This document shows positions 11,069-22,900 of a stretch of 64,000 bases of DNA, in pieces. Every line of letters begins with the position of its first letter. Positions within the stretch are counted from its first letter, which is position 1. Origin of the DNA: Monocercomonoides exilis PA203 (Eukaryota > Protista > Preaxostyla); assembly GCA_001643675.2 (NCBI GenBank), contig LSRY02000006.1, positions 682,001 to 746,000 on the forward strand, given 5' to 3'. Below the pieces are notes generated by a model that worked only from the letters and a program-made list of their open reading frames with translations, searched no databases and was not told the DNA's origin. The position numbers and the translations under genes are program-made.

Positions 11069-13066
11069 TTACAGCTGAACGCTTCCCACACCTTGTCCAT
11101 CATCCTTGTGCTCAAGCAGCAGTCTGCTTTCTTCTTCCACACTTCCAGATTTCATTCCACTATTACTATCATATGCGCTATTTCTTTGACCAACTCTCAA
11201 AATCAAAGAACACACTGTGGCCACCGCAGAAACCACTCCTGTTGCAAAGAAGTCCCACTGCAAAAACCAACGCCCATTAACTGCTCGGTCGTCAGGAAGT
11301 GCCGCATTGATTGCTGCACACATTCCTTGTGATATGGTTTGCCCCAGCAAGCAGAAAATGTTCATAACTCCAGTGTAAACTCCAGACTCCTCCTGCGGAA
11401 CTGACATGTTCACGATTGCAAAAGGAACGGAATTGAACATCGAAAAATTGAATGCCATCCCGCAGTATGACACAAACACGGCCCATAAATAGCTTTTGTC
11501 AATATTTCGCGGTATCCACATGGAAAAGAGGGAGAAAGTAGCGAGAAGCTGAGTAAGAAAGTATGTTGCTCTTAGTCCAAAGAATTTTTGCACAAGCTCA
11601 GAAATAGCGGAAAACACGGATGTTAACAACGACATGGCCATCATTGCAAGAGATCCGATCTTGACTCCTTCAATGTATGCATCATTTTCAGGCGTCCCGG
11701 CAGCAGCAAAGACAGATGCAGAGGATGAAACAAAAGATGAAGACAAAAACGCTCCAAAAGAAGTATTTGAGAAAAGTGAAGTGCTAGCCACTTTCTGCGC
11801 AATTGAACAAATTGTGTTTTTGACTCCATTCTTCATCATTGCAACATATCTTTCGTTGTCCATTCCTGTGTGTTGTTGAATAAGCTGTCGCGCTATAAGG
11901 CATACAGCCCCAGGAATTGCACCCGATGCACTTCCTCCCATCGCCATTGCCATCATTGGTACTGTGAGTTGGTTTAGAGCGGTACGAAATCCATTGTTAA
12001 AAGCTTCCGTATAACAGAATTCAAAACAATAAAAAAACAAATTAAAGAAATCAAGAAAATCAAAATTTTTACATTAACAAGAAATGAAATCAAGAAATAA
12101 CATACCATTTTCATCGCTCATTAGACTGGAACCACTATTTTGTAGTGGAGTTCCATGATAAACTGCTTTTGCAACAAACAATGTTCCATTTGTGTTGAAA
12201 GCAAAATACGCACTCCAGCTCATTAGATATACAAACCCAGCACGAAGAACAGGTCCGCCTTTCACAACCTTAAAAAGTGCTCTAAACGTTATTTTGAAGG
12301 GATTTTCTATTTTCTCTCCTTCTGCACGAACATAACGCCTTTCCCTTACGGCGAGAAACGTTGGGACTGAAAGTAAAACCATAAATGCCAAACCGTAAGG
12401 ATATGGATTTTTTACATATGCAGAAAAAATATACGATATAATATTTCCAACGCCGACAAGAAGGGCAATAAAATTGTTGCCCATTGTTTCTTGCCCCTCT
12501 CCACAAACATCAAACACAATTGCACGAGCAGGAAGCATCAAAATGTTGATTGCAACGTTAATGATGATAAATGCAATTAATCCAATAACAATGGCAACCG
12601 TGTTATTTTTAAATGCTTATAAACAAGTGTTTAAAAAAAGTTATTTTTGTTAGTCCTTTCATTAAAAATATAAATTAAACCTCCTTGCTCAATGGCAATA
12701 AAAAATCCATAGCTCAAAAGAACAAAAGCTAAGCCGACAAAAATAAATGGACGCCTCCTACCAAATCTGAACGTTGCTTTATCAGAAAATACACCGATAA
12801 ATGGTTGTAAAAGTCCACAAATTGGTCCCACCAGCCACATAATTGGAGTCAACCATGATTTTACACCAAGTCCTTTATGAGTCAGAATTGTATTAATATT
12901 AAAAAAAAAGATTCACAAAAATAAGCTAACTTGTCATCATCGGCGAAAACAAGGCAAAAGCAAATCCATAAGCTATTTGAACTGAAGTGTATGAAGATGC
13001 TGCACATAATAAACGGAAAGGATGAATTCTAGGTTTGGGTTCTGCTACTTCTCCGATGGATGCCAT
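11069..13066 (-). CDS. MFS transporter, SLC45 / sucrose:H+ symporter (SUT/SUC)-like, ~590 aa, 4 exons
   Basis: Exons 13066-12931, 12872-12681, 12615-12106, 12003-11069 joined in frame by GT-AG introns of 58, 65 and 102 nt. Family motifs: WLVGPICGLLQPFIGVFSD..FGRRRPFI, PARAIVFD, AVYHG.P, Y..GVK.G, SVPFA, GVYTGVMNIF..LGQ. Confidence 0.9.
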
Positions 13067-13504
13067 AAATACACAAAAAAAATAAAACTGATCGAAGATT
13101 TGTGATCGAACTTTTAATAAAAATTATATGAAAATCTGACTGAATTCTTTTATCCTCATTTATAACATAAATTGTTTTGCCATTTTCAGTATTGGACATT
13201 TCTTACAAAAAATAATCTCTTTGAATTTTGTTATTTTTTTTTATTAATTATGAAATTTTATATTTTAGTAATTTGGAATAATCTCCGCAACAAGATAAAT
13301 AAATTAAAAATATTAATAAAAAAAATATTTAATACTGTCTCTTCTTTCCCAATAATATCATTCACATCGTTCGAATTCAATGCATTTTGTGCAACATTTT
13401 TTTTATTTTTGAAAATAACAACGAACAGCTCCAAACGTTTCCAAATATCTCATTACGATAAATCTTTCATTCTCTTGTAAAGAAATACAGTAAAGTTCAC
13501 TATT

Positions 13505-13507
<3 letters not shown>

Positions 13508-13546
<39 letters not shown>
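13508..13546 (+). repeat. Poly(A) tract, 39 nt, between divergently transcribed genes
   Basis: Direct reading of the sequence. Confidence 0.95.
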
Positions 13547-13549
<3 letters not shown>

Positions 13550-13927
13550 ATTTAGATAAAAATTTCGTCGACTTTGAAATACAGAAATTTCACAATCCAA
13601 TTGATAACTTGTGGCAAAACCATAATAGACTCTGATTCACTCAAAATAACACAAACTATTTGGTATTTTATAACAACGAACATAAGATTCAGACAAATAT
13701 CTTTTTTTAAAAAAAGCTTTTCATGATAATTTGAAATAAACAAAATGTCAGAAAAAAAAATTATTGACATATGACATTTCTTAATTTGATTTTCATGTTA
13801 CAAAAAACGCTGTTCAAATAAAAAAGTTAAGAGAAAGATCAAAAAGACCCATAAGAACTCAAATATTATTAAATCAAAAAATATTTTGGAGATTCTTGGG
13901 TTAAAAAGGAGTGACACGCTGTCTGGA

Positions 13928-16900
13928 ATGAATTGCCTGGCTTTCATAATTTGTCTTCAATGGTTTTCAATGGATGCAGCAAATAATGAAGCAGACAAGA
14001 AAGAAGGATCGAATGAATTAGAAAAAGAGATATTCCAAGACAGTTTTATTTCAAATGAAATTCAAAACAGAAATACATTTGAGAAAAATACAATTGAAAA
14101 CAAATTTCATGCTTATAGTGTCCAAAATGAAGACTATGATGAAGGAAATAGCAAAAACGAATTTAAATGTGATTATGAATACAGGAAAAGAAGAAAACCA
14201 CTGGGATACATTCATGAAGGGAAAAAACATTGGAGTTCAAACAACGGTGTTGAAGATAGTTGGATTGAAGGATGCCTGAAAATGATGAATTCTTCAGTTC
14301 TGTGTGTTGATGTGACAATCATGGATAGAACAAACAACTGTGTTATTGAAGCAGAAAAGAAGAGTTGTGTTGAATTAAAACGATGCTTTTTGTCCTTTGG
14401 TGAAGAAAACTCACCTTTGAAATTGACAGGGAGTTGTGCCGTTTTGGTGAATGTTTCACTTGCATCATCAATTCAACATCTTCATTCAATTCCTCCTCTT
14501 TTTGCTTCAGAACGATCAGAAAACCAATTTGACCATTTCGGAAGCATTTCAATATGCTCTTCATGTTTTTCATCCTTTTTGGTCTCAAGACCTCCATTTC
14601 TCTCATCTGCATTTGTTGAGAGCATTTCACTTTCCAATTTGGATTTCTTCAATATCTCGACAATTCCAGCAAAAACAGAATCACTCTCAACTTGCCAATG
14701 TGGAAAAGCAACTTTGATGAATTCTTGTTCATTTCATTCAGTCTGTGATGTATATGATGGAGGAATTGTGCCTTCACTCAACAACCCTTTGACTTCTTTG
14801 ACTTCCTCAAACACCTCATTTGTTGGATGTTGTCGGACAAGAAATGTTGAGTTCATAGGAAGTGAAGAAGAAAAGAAATATCCAGGGAGACAGAACGAAA
14901 CAGAAGATGGACAGAACACATTCATTTTGTGCGAGTGGAATGGATCGAAGGCATCAGGAACTTCAACTTCAGCGACAGATGGGATATCAAGTGGAGGAGC
15001 AATCAACATGTGCAATTTGGAAAATGGAATTCTTTTTGTTTCTCACTGCGCTTTTAATGATTGTTCTGCATACAGTTATGGTGGAGGAATCATGTGCTAT
15101 TTGATTAAATCAGTATCAATCGAGAATAACTTATTCAATTCATGTGTTTCCGAACATGATTTTGGAGGAGGAATGTATTTTTATTTCATATATTCATATT
15201 TCCAAATCTCCAAATGCAAAATTAGGAAATGCGTTGCATGCAATAATGGAGGTGGTTTTTTTCTTCACAATTTTGTTTTTTCTGAATCTGATAGTATTGA
15301 AACAGAAAACGATAGAGAAGGTGATGCTCTTATATTTGAATGTGATTGTATATCATGCTCAGTTACTAACGTCAATGGTGGAGGTCTGTGCTGTTTCGAT
15401 CTTGTTTCTCAATTTAAAATGAGCAGTATTAGGTTCATTGGATGTTCTGCAGTTACTGGAGGAGGAGGATTGCATTTCAGACCTGAAAGAATGAGCGGAC
15501 CAATTGATGGTATTTATTGTTGTTTTTTGTTCTTCCACGAATGCAGATGCACAAACTCCATTCCGTATGGACATGACATTCAACACATTGATGCTTTCAA
15601 TGTTTTCTTGAAATCTGGAAATCCGTTCCATGAATGTTACACAACAAATGCAGATGATCAGAGAGTGTTGTATACATATAATTCATCAGGAGCTTATGTT
15701 AGTCAGCTCACAGAAAAGAAGGAATGGCTGAAGGATGGAGTGATGGATATATTTGTTGGAGTGGCAGGGGACAACACAAATAAATGGTGTGGGGTGAATA
15801 AGTTAAAGCCTTGCAAGACAATTGGATTTGTTATGGAGAATCATATTCCGGAATTAATCTCAAAGATAATTTTGATGGAAGGGAATCACACAAACGAAAC
15901 AACAACAATTGAAATTGGAACAAAGAAGATATCTGTAATTGGGAAAGGAAGAGAGATGAGTGCTATTGGAACAGGAGAACTTTCATTAACAAGAGCTCTG
16001 TTCAGAGTGACAACAGGTCATTTGGGTTTAATGCACTTGGGAATCGATCACAATTCATCAGCGGGTTCTTCACCGAGTGTTGTTGTGGTGACTGGTGGGA
16101 GTGGCTCGCTCTCATTGGAGGATGTTGTGATCACAACGAGTGTTTCTTCAGGAGACTATGTGATGTCGTCGTCAGTGTTTGTGGTTCCTCTCTCTCAGCT
16201 GTCGATGATCGATGTGGAAATCAAAGAAATGAATATTTCTCAATCATTGTTATCAGAACCTGTTTTATCTTCTTTTTCATCCTCTTCCTCTGCATTGCTG
16301 CTGACAACCGCCACATCAAAAGAGAGCTCATTGGCAAATATCACGGTGAAGAATGTGAAGCAAGCGAATGGGGACGGGGTGGTTGTGGCAAAATCAGTTG
16401 CTGAAGAGGAAACGTTTGTGGTGTGGAACGCCACATTTGAAGATTGTGAGTGCAAGAGAGGCAGTGGCGGTGGAATCAAAATCAAACTGGAATCATCAAC
16501 AAGCAAGTTTCGAATGGGAGAAACAGCATCATCCAGTGAAGGAACAACAAAATTCAACAAAACGAATTGCAGTGGGTATGGAGGAGGAGTGATGATGTGG
16601 CTGACAGAGAACTCATTTGACTTTGAGATATCATCAGTGAGTTTTATGAATTGTGATGCAGGATTGGGAGGGAAAGATGTGTTTGCGAATGGGAGCAAGT
16701 TGGAAAGTGGGACAATAACAACCACTAAGCTGAATGTTGGACACAATGGATCAATTTATGATGAGCTGATGGGATATGACCGGAATGAGGAAGAAATGGG
16801 AATATTCCCATTGAATGTGTTTTTTGATTCATTTTCAGGAGCAGCACATGTGGGGATAAAGAAAAATGGATTTGGAGGATTTGATTCGTGGTTTTGTGGG

Positions 16901-19900
16901 TTTGACTGTTTTCCATGCAGAACAATTGCATTTGCAGTTGAAACAAGATTTGCAACAGGAAATAAGAATATTACGTTGGATTCAGGGTTTGAGCTGGAAG
17001 AAGTGGTTTCGATGGCTGGGTCATATGAATGGGAAGTGTTTTGCAGTTTTAACAAGACTGATGTGAATGTGAGGGTGCCCAGTGGAATGACATCTTTGTA
17101 TTTGATAAATGTTGAGAGCAAGAGTTCAATAAAGAACATAGCCTTCCAAATTCCACATCAACTTTCGGGTGCAACATCGCTCATTGGTTTGACCAGCTCA
17201 TCACTCACACTCACAGACTGTTCAGTTGCTCATTCCTCAGAGAGCACATCGAGTGTGGCCTTTGGATACAGCATTGTGAATGCACAGAGTGGGAGTCTGA
17301 AAATGGATCGATTTGTGATTGGTGGAGCGCTTGTGTTTGGAGCTCATTCAGCGATTGAATTTTCTGAAGGGATGGAAAGTGTGGCTTGTTCAGGATGCAA
17401 TATCAATGGAGTCAAAAGGAATGAGGGAGATGGAGGATGGATGAAAGGGAAAGTTGGAACGAGTGGAACGTTGACAGTTGATGGATGCAATGTGAATGAG
17501 TGCAGTTGTGGTGGTGGAAAGGGAGGAGGAACATATGTTGGATTGAAGGGAAATGGGAAAGTGGTTGTGAATGGAACGAGTGTGATTGATAGGAATAAGG
17601 CAGAGAATAATGGAGGGAATGGAGGGAATGGAGGGAGAGGAGGAGGGATGTTTTTATTGATGGAGAGTGAGGGATGTGGACTGACAATTGGGCAGAATGT
17701 TGAGTTTTCGAAAGTGAATGGGAATGTGGCAGAATATGGGAAGGATGTGTTTGTTCATTGTGGGAGTGGAGTGTTTTTGGAGTCAAAAGTGAATACAAGC
17801 TCATTTGCATTTTTTGACACAAGTACAATTCCATCAGATGTGTTGAAACTGAGTGGGAGTGAAAATGGGGAAGAAAGTGGAGTGATTCCGCTGTTTGTGT
17901 ATTTGTGCACAATGGGGACAAAAGTGCTTGTTGATGGGAGTGGAGGAAATGGGATGGATCACAGTCATTGTGGATTTGAAGGATTTGGGTGTTTGACAGT
18001 TGATTATTGTGCAAACTCAAGATTGAATGAAAGTTTAAATGAAATAGAGGTTGTCTCATCTTCATCAATAAGGGATGAAATTGAATTGTCTTTATTTGGT
18101 GTGATAATTTCAGGCAGAATAGTGTCACCTGATAGAGAGAGGATGCAAGTGAATGTGAGTGATGGAGGATTAGCCACACAAGATTGGCTTGTTGGATTTT
18201 CGAGTTCACTGACAATGAGGAGACTTTCATTTGTTGTGAAAGGTCAGTTGAATCCAAGGAGAAGTGTGTTCATTCATTCAACATCAACAATCAACATGAC
18301 GAACTGTTCAGTCTCATTTGAGAGTGGGGCATTGACTGATGGAAAGATCGGATATAATATGATAAACATTGAGGGGGGAGAACTGATTATTGATGGATTT
18401 GTGATGGAAGGGGGAGTGACAATGAATGGGAAATCGCCAATTGCTATTTCAAATGGAGTTGAATTGGAGATGTTGAAGAGCAGAGTGAGTGGTGTGGAAG
18501 TGATAGGAGAAGATGGGGGATGTTTGAATGTTGGGATGAAGGAATGTGGATGCGTGAAAATTGAATTGAGCAATTTTTCATCAACATGTTCAGGTGGAAG
18601 TGGGATGAAAGGAGGAGGAATGATGATATCAGTTGGAAGTGGAGGAAGTTTTGAAATGAAAAATGTGAAATATTCAGGGTGTGAAGTGCCAAGAGAGGAT
18701 GGAGAGGATGGAGGAAGAGGAATTGGAGGAGGGATATTCGCTGAACTGCCCCATCAAATGGGAATATTTGTGCTCGAAGGAATGACATTTGAGGGGTGCA
18801 ATGCATGGAAAGGGAAGAAAATGTTTGTTTCGGGATGGGATCTGAGCAAGATTGCAAACAAGGAGCACTTCAAATGGGAGATGAGTGAAATGGAGTTGGG
18901 ATCATTGGATGAGCTGTGTGGATGGGAGAGGAAGACAACAGGCGAGGAGGGATATGTGATTCCATTGGTTGTGTATTTGTGGAGTAATTGGAGTGGGGAT
19001 GGATTTGTTTCGAAAGATGGAGGAGGAGACTTCAGTGGGTGTGGATATTCCGAAGCACCATGCTCATCGATTGACCACTTGATATCACTGAGATATGAAC
19101 CACTTGGAGAAGGGGAATCACACATCAGCATTGTGGGATCAGGGTTTCTGAGCCATTCCATATCATTTTCTTCATCATTGCCACCGGCTTCACAAGATTC
19201 AGAGTCACAAAAAGTGGTGATTGAAGGAACAAAGAAAGGAACAGCAGTGATTATCAGTGATGAAGATGATGAGAATGATATGATTGGTGGTTCATTAATA
19301 TCATCTGGCGTGAGTCTGACGCTGTCAAATTTGTCATTCTCAAATCCAAATCCAAACGGTCATCATGAGATATTGATCGGATCATCAGGAGCAAACATCT
19401 GTTTGTCAGTCGTGGATTGCTCATTTGGCACATTGAATGGAATGGCAGATGCGGGGTTTTGTGTGATGAAAGTGAATGGAGGGAGAGTTATTGTTCAAGG
19501 ATGTTCGTTGGATGCAGTTGGTCAGTTGAGAGGATTCATCGCTTTCAGTGCAACAGCAACAAAGGAGGTGATTGTGGAAGATGTGAATATCTCGAATGTT
19601 GGGGTTAAAGAGAGAAGTCTGATATCTATGTTTGAGGATGAGCAGACGACTGGGATGAAAGCCAAGAGAGGGATAAACAGGGGAGAAAGCAGACATTCAA
19701 ACAACGAAAAAGTGGTGATAAAAGTGAATGGGTCTTCGTTCACAAACATCACAAATGGAGAAAACAGAGCAGGGATGTTGAGTGTGGATTCATTTGAGAG
19801 TGCGATGGAATGTGTGTTGGAGGGGTGTTCGGTTTCGAGCTGCAGGAGTGAAATGAGCGAGGAAGGAGGAGGGATGAAAGTGTGTCTGAAGAGAGGAGAG

Positions 19901-22900
19901 TTAGAAGTGAGAGTTGTTGGATGCTCGTTGGGGATGTGTTCGTGCTCGGGGGTGAAGGGGAGAGGAGGAGGGGTGATGGTTGATGCACTTGACCCGAATG
20001 AGGGTGGAACCAGTGGATTTGGGCCTGTTGGGATAAGAATGGAGAATGTGAGGTTTTGGGGGAACGAGGCATTTGTGGGGAAAGACGTGTTCATCAGATG
20101 CGAGTCGATTGCCGAACAGATCAATGAGACATTGTTTGTGCTGGATATGAGCCAGGATGCCCTGAAATCCACGAACTCCATCTGTGGGTCAGACAAGGAA
20201 AGGGATGATGTTGATCTGATCCCTCTGATCACATTCTATTATGGCCAGCAGGTGTTTGTCTCATTGAGTGGAAGAGATGACAGACAATGTGGGGCACAGA
20301 ACAGTCCTTGCCTGAGCATTGGCAGTGCTGTGAAGCACATTCAAAGAGGAGTGGGGAATTCCATTTGGATTGATGGGGAAGGGGTGATTGGGGGAGAGTG
20401 TGTGATTGGGGATATGAATGTGAAGAGTCTGAAGAAGACTCAATCCACAATCCATCTTGATGGAAAGATGGAGGTTGTGGGGGATGAAGGGAGCGTGATC
20501 GTGTTTGTGAATGAGAGTGCTGTGGAGAAATGTGAATTCTTGTTTGGGTTGAGCTTTGAATCAGAGCATTCATCCATTGTGAAAGTGAAGAATGGAACAT
20601 TGGGGGTGAGTGAGTGTTGGTGGAAGAGCGTTGGAATGATGAAGCTTTTGAACAGCACAATTGTGGAAGTGGAGGGAGGAGAGCTGGAGATGGAGAAATG
20701 TGTTGTCAGCTGTGTTTGCACTTCACGAGAGATATTGTCAGTCTGTGAAGGGAGCAAGGCTGCGATATATCAGCTGAGGATGAGCGATATCGAGAGCGAG
20801 GATGGAGGGATTGTTGATGTGAAGAAAGCAAGGGTGGAGGCGAAGGAGATGTCGATGAGCAACATCACCAGACAGAACAGAGGGAGCATTGTGAAGATGA
20901 TGGAATGCACAGAAAGAGTGGATTTGATGAATTGCTCGATGAGGATGTGTTTGGGGAAAGAAGAGAGAGGATGGATGGTGAGTGTGTGGAACTGTGAGTG
21001 TGTGAATGTTGATTGTTGTGAGTTTGATGGAGAAGAGGAAGAGAATGAAGAGAGAACAAGAAATGAGCAGGATGAAGGAGAAAGAAGAGAGGAGATATGC
21101 AAGTGGAATGGCTCTATGGTTGAATTTGAGAAGAGTGAAGTTTTCTTGAAAGAATCAACAATTACAAATTCGTCAGAAGGAGGATTGTCAGTGAGTGGAG
21201 GAAATGTGGTGATTGAGAAAGGAGAGTTTGCGAACAACAACCCATCGATTGGAAAATATCCCTCAGCTCGGAGAAACATATTGTGTTCGGATTCTGCTCA
21301 GCTGAATATCATGAGCTTGAAGGGAGGAGATGGGGTTTATCCCAATTCATCGATGTGGATTCTGAATGATGGATGCAGTTTGAATGGGATTGTTGAGGAG
21401 CGAGCATCACCATTGTTCATCCCCACACTCCGATCGGTGGAGACAGAGGAGAAGGAAGGGGTGCTGGATGTTGTGTTCAGAGGCACACTTCTTCTGCCAT
21501 GCAACCTGTCGTTTCGCGTTGTTTCGTCAGTGGGGGATGTGGAGCAGGTGGAGACTCACGAGATAAGTGAGTCTGGGTTTGAGAGTGAAGAGGAAGTGCA
21601 TGGCACAATTGGGCTGGAGATGGTGAGGGGAGCAGAGGCGAGTGCGGAAGTGAGGGTGTGCATCTTGTTTGGAGATGGCCATTCTCCCTCGGCAACTGAG
21701 TCGTTCATCCTGAAGAACAGGAGCGAGACTGATCCAAAGGGAGATGAAAAGATTGTTGAAGGAGGAAAAGAAGGAAAATCGATATGGCCAATCATTGTGA
21801 TTATTATGGCCTTTTTTCTTTTTATAATTCTAATAATTGCGGTGATGTCAACTGTTCGATGGAGAAAGGTTAAGAATGAAGCAGAAGATCTGAGAGAGAT
21901 TGTGAATGATAATATCAGAAAGGATCCTAAGGCGTTTGAGATGGTGACGATGGAGATGTCGCCTGAAGAGCAATGGAGGAGAGCAGAGAGGGAGGCAGAG
22001 AAGAAGAATGATGAGAGGATGAAAAAAAGAATATATGATACGAATATGCAGCATTCGGAGTCATCAGAGCATCTTCTATCTGAGAGCGGATCGACTGAAT
22101 ATATTTTGGGGAGAGATTCAGACAAGATCCCTCAATGGATGCTGGAGAAAGATGAAGAAGAAGAGACAAGAAAAAGAACACCATCACCATCCATCTCATC
22201 CACTTCAACCATAGACACTTCAGACACTGACACAACATTTGTTCGAATGGAAGATATGTGCCCAACAACCTCATCCATGTCGAATCTGGTGGATGCAATG
22301 GCCTGTTCATCTCCTCATGAAAAGCTGATTGTGGATCTGAGGGATTCGCTGTTCATGTTGCTTCATGGGAGGAACGAGAAGAAAGAGATGGCGATTGGCT
22401 CTTTGGAGGAGAGGGAGCTCACAGCAGCCCAGATCCTGTTCTGGGTGGCTAATCTGGCACTCCACTCATTTGATGAAACGGAAGTTCCGCTTCAGTCGCT
22501 GAGCAGTCTGAGCCCGCACATTGTGCTGTTCTCAGAGCACATGGTGATCTGCATTGTGATGCACTCTGACTTATTGTCCGACGATTCAGATTCTTCATCC
22601 ATTTCTTCGTCAACTGTTGTGACATCTGCAAGTGATGACGATGAAGATTCCCTGCCCTCGTCTGCCTTTGAGGATGAGGATGATTTCAAAAAGGAGTGCC
22701 TGAGGTGGAAGGCGCCTGAGTTGCTGATCAACAAGAAGATGGGGGCAACCAAGGAATCTGTATCATTCTCGATCGGGATGATGTTGTGGGAGTGTCTGAC
22801 TCTTCAAATACCGTTTGGGGATTATGAGGCAGAGGTGGCAGGGCAGAAGATTGTGAATGGGGAGAGACTGGAACTGAGGAGCATTGAAACTTCTCAGTTT

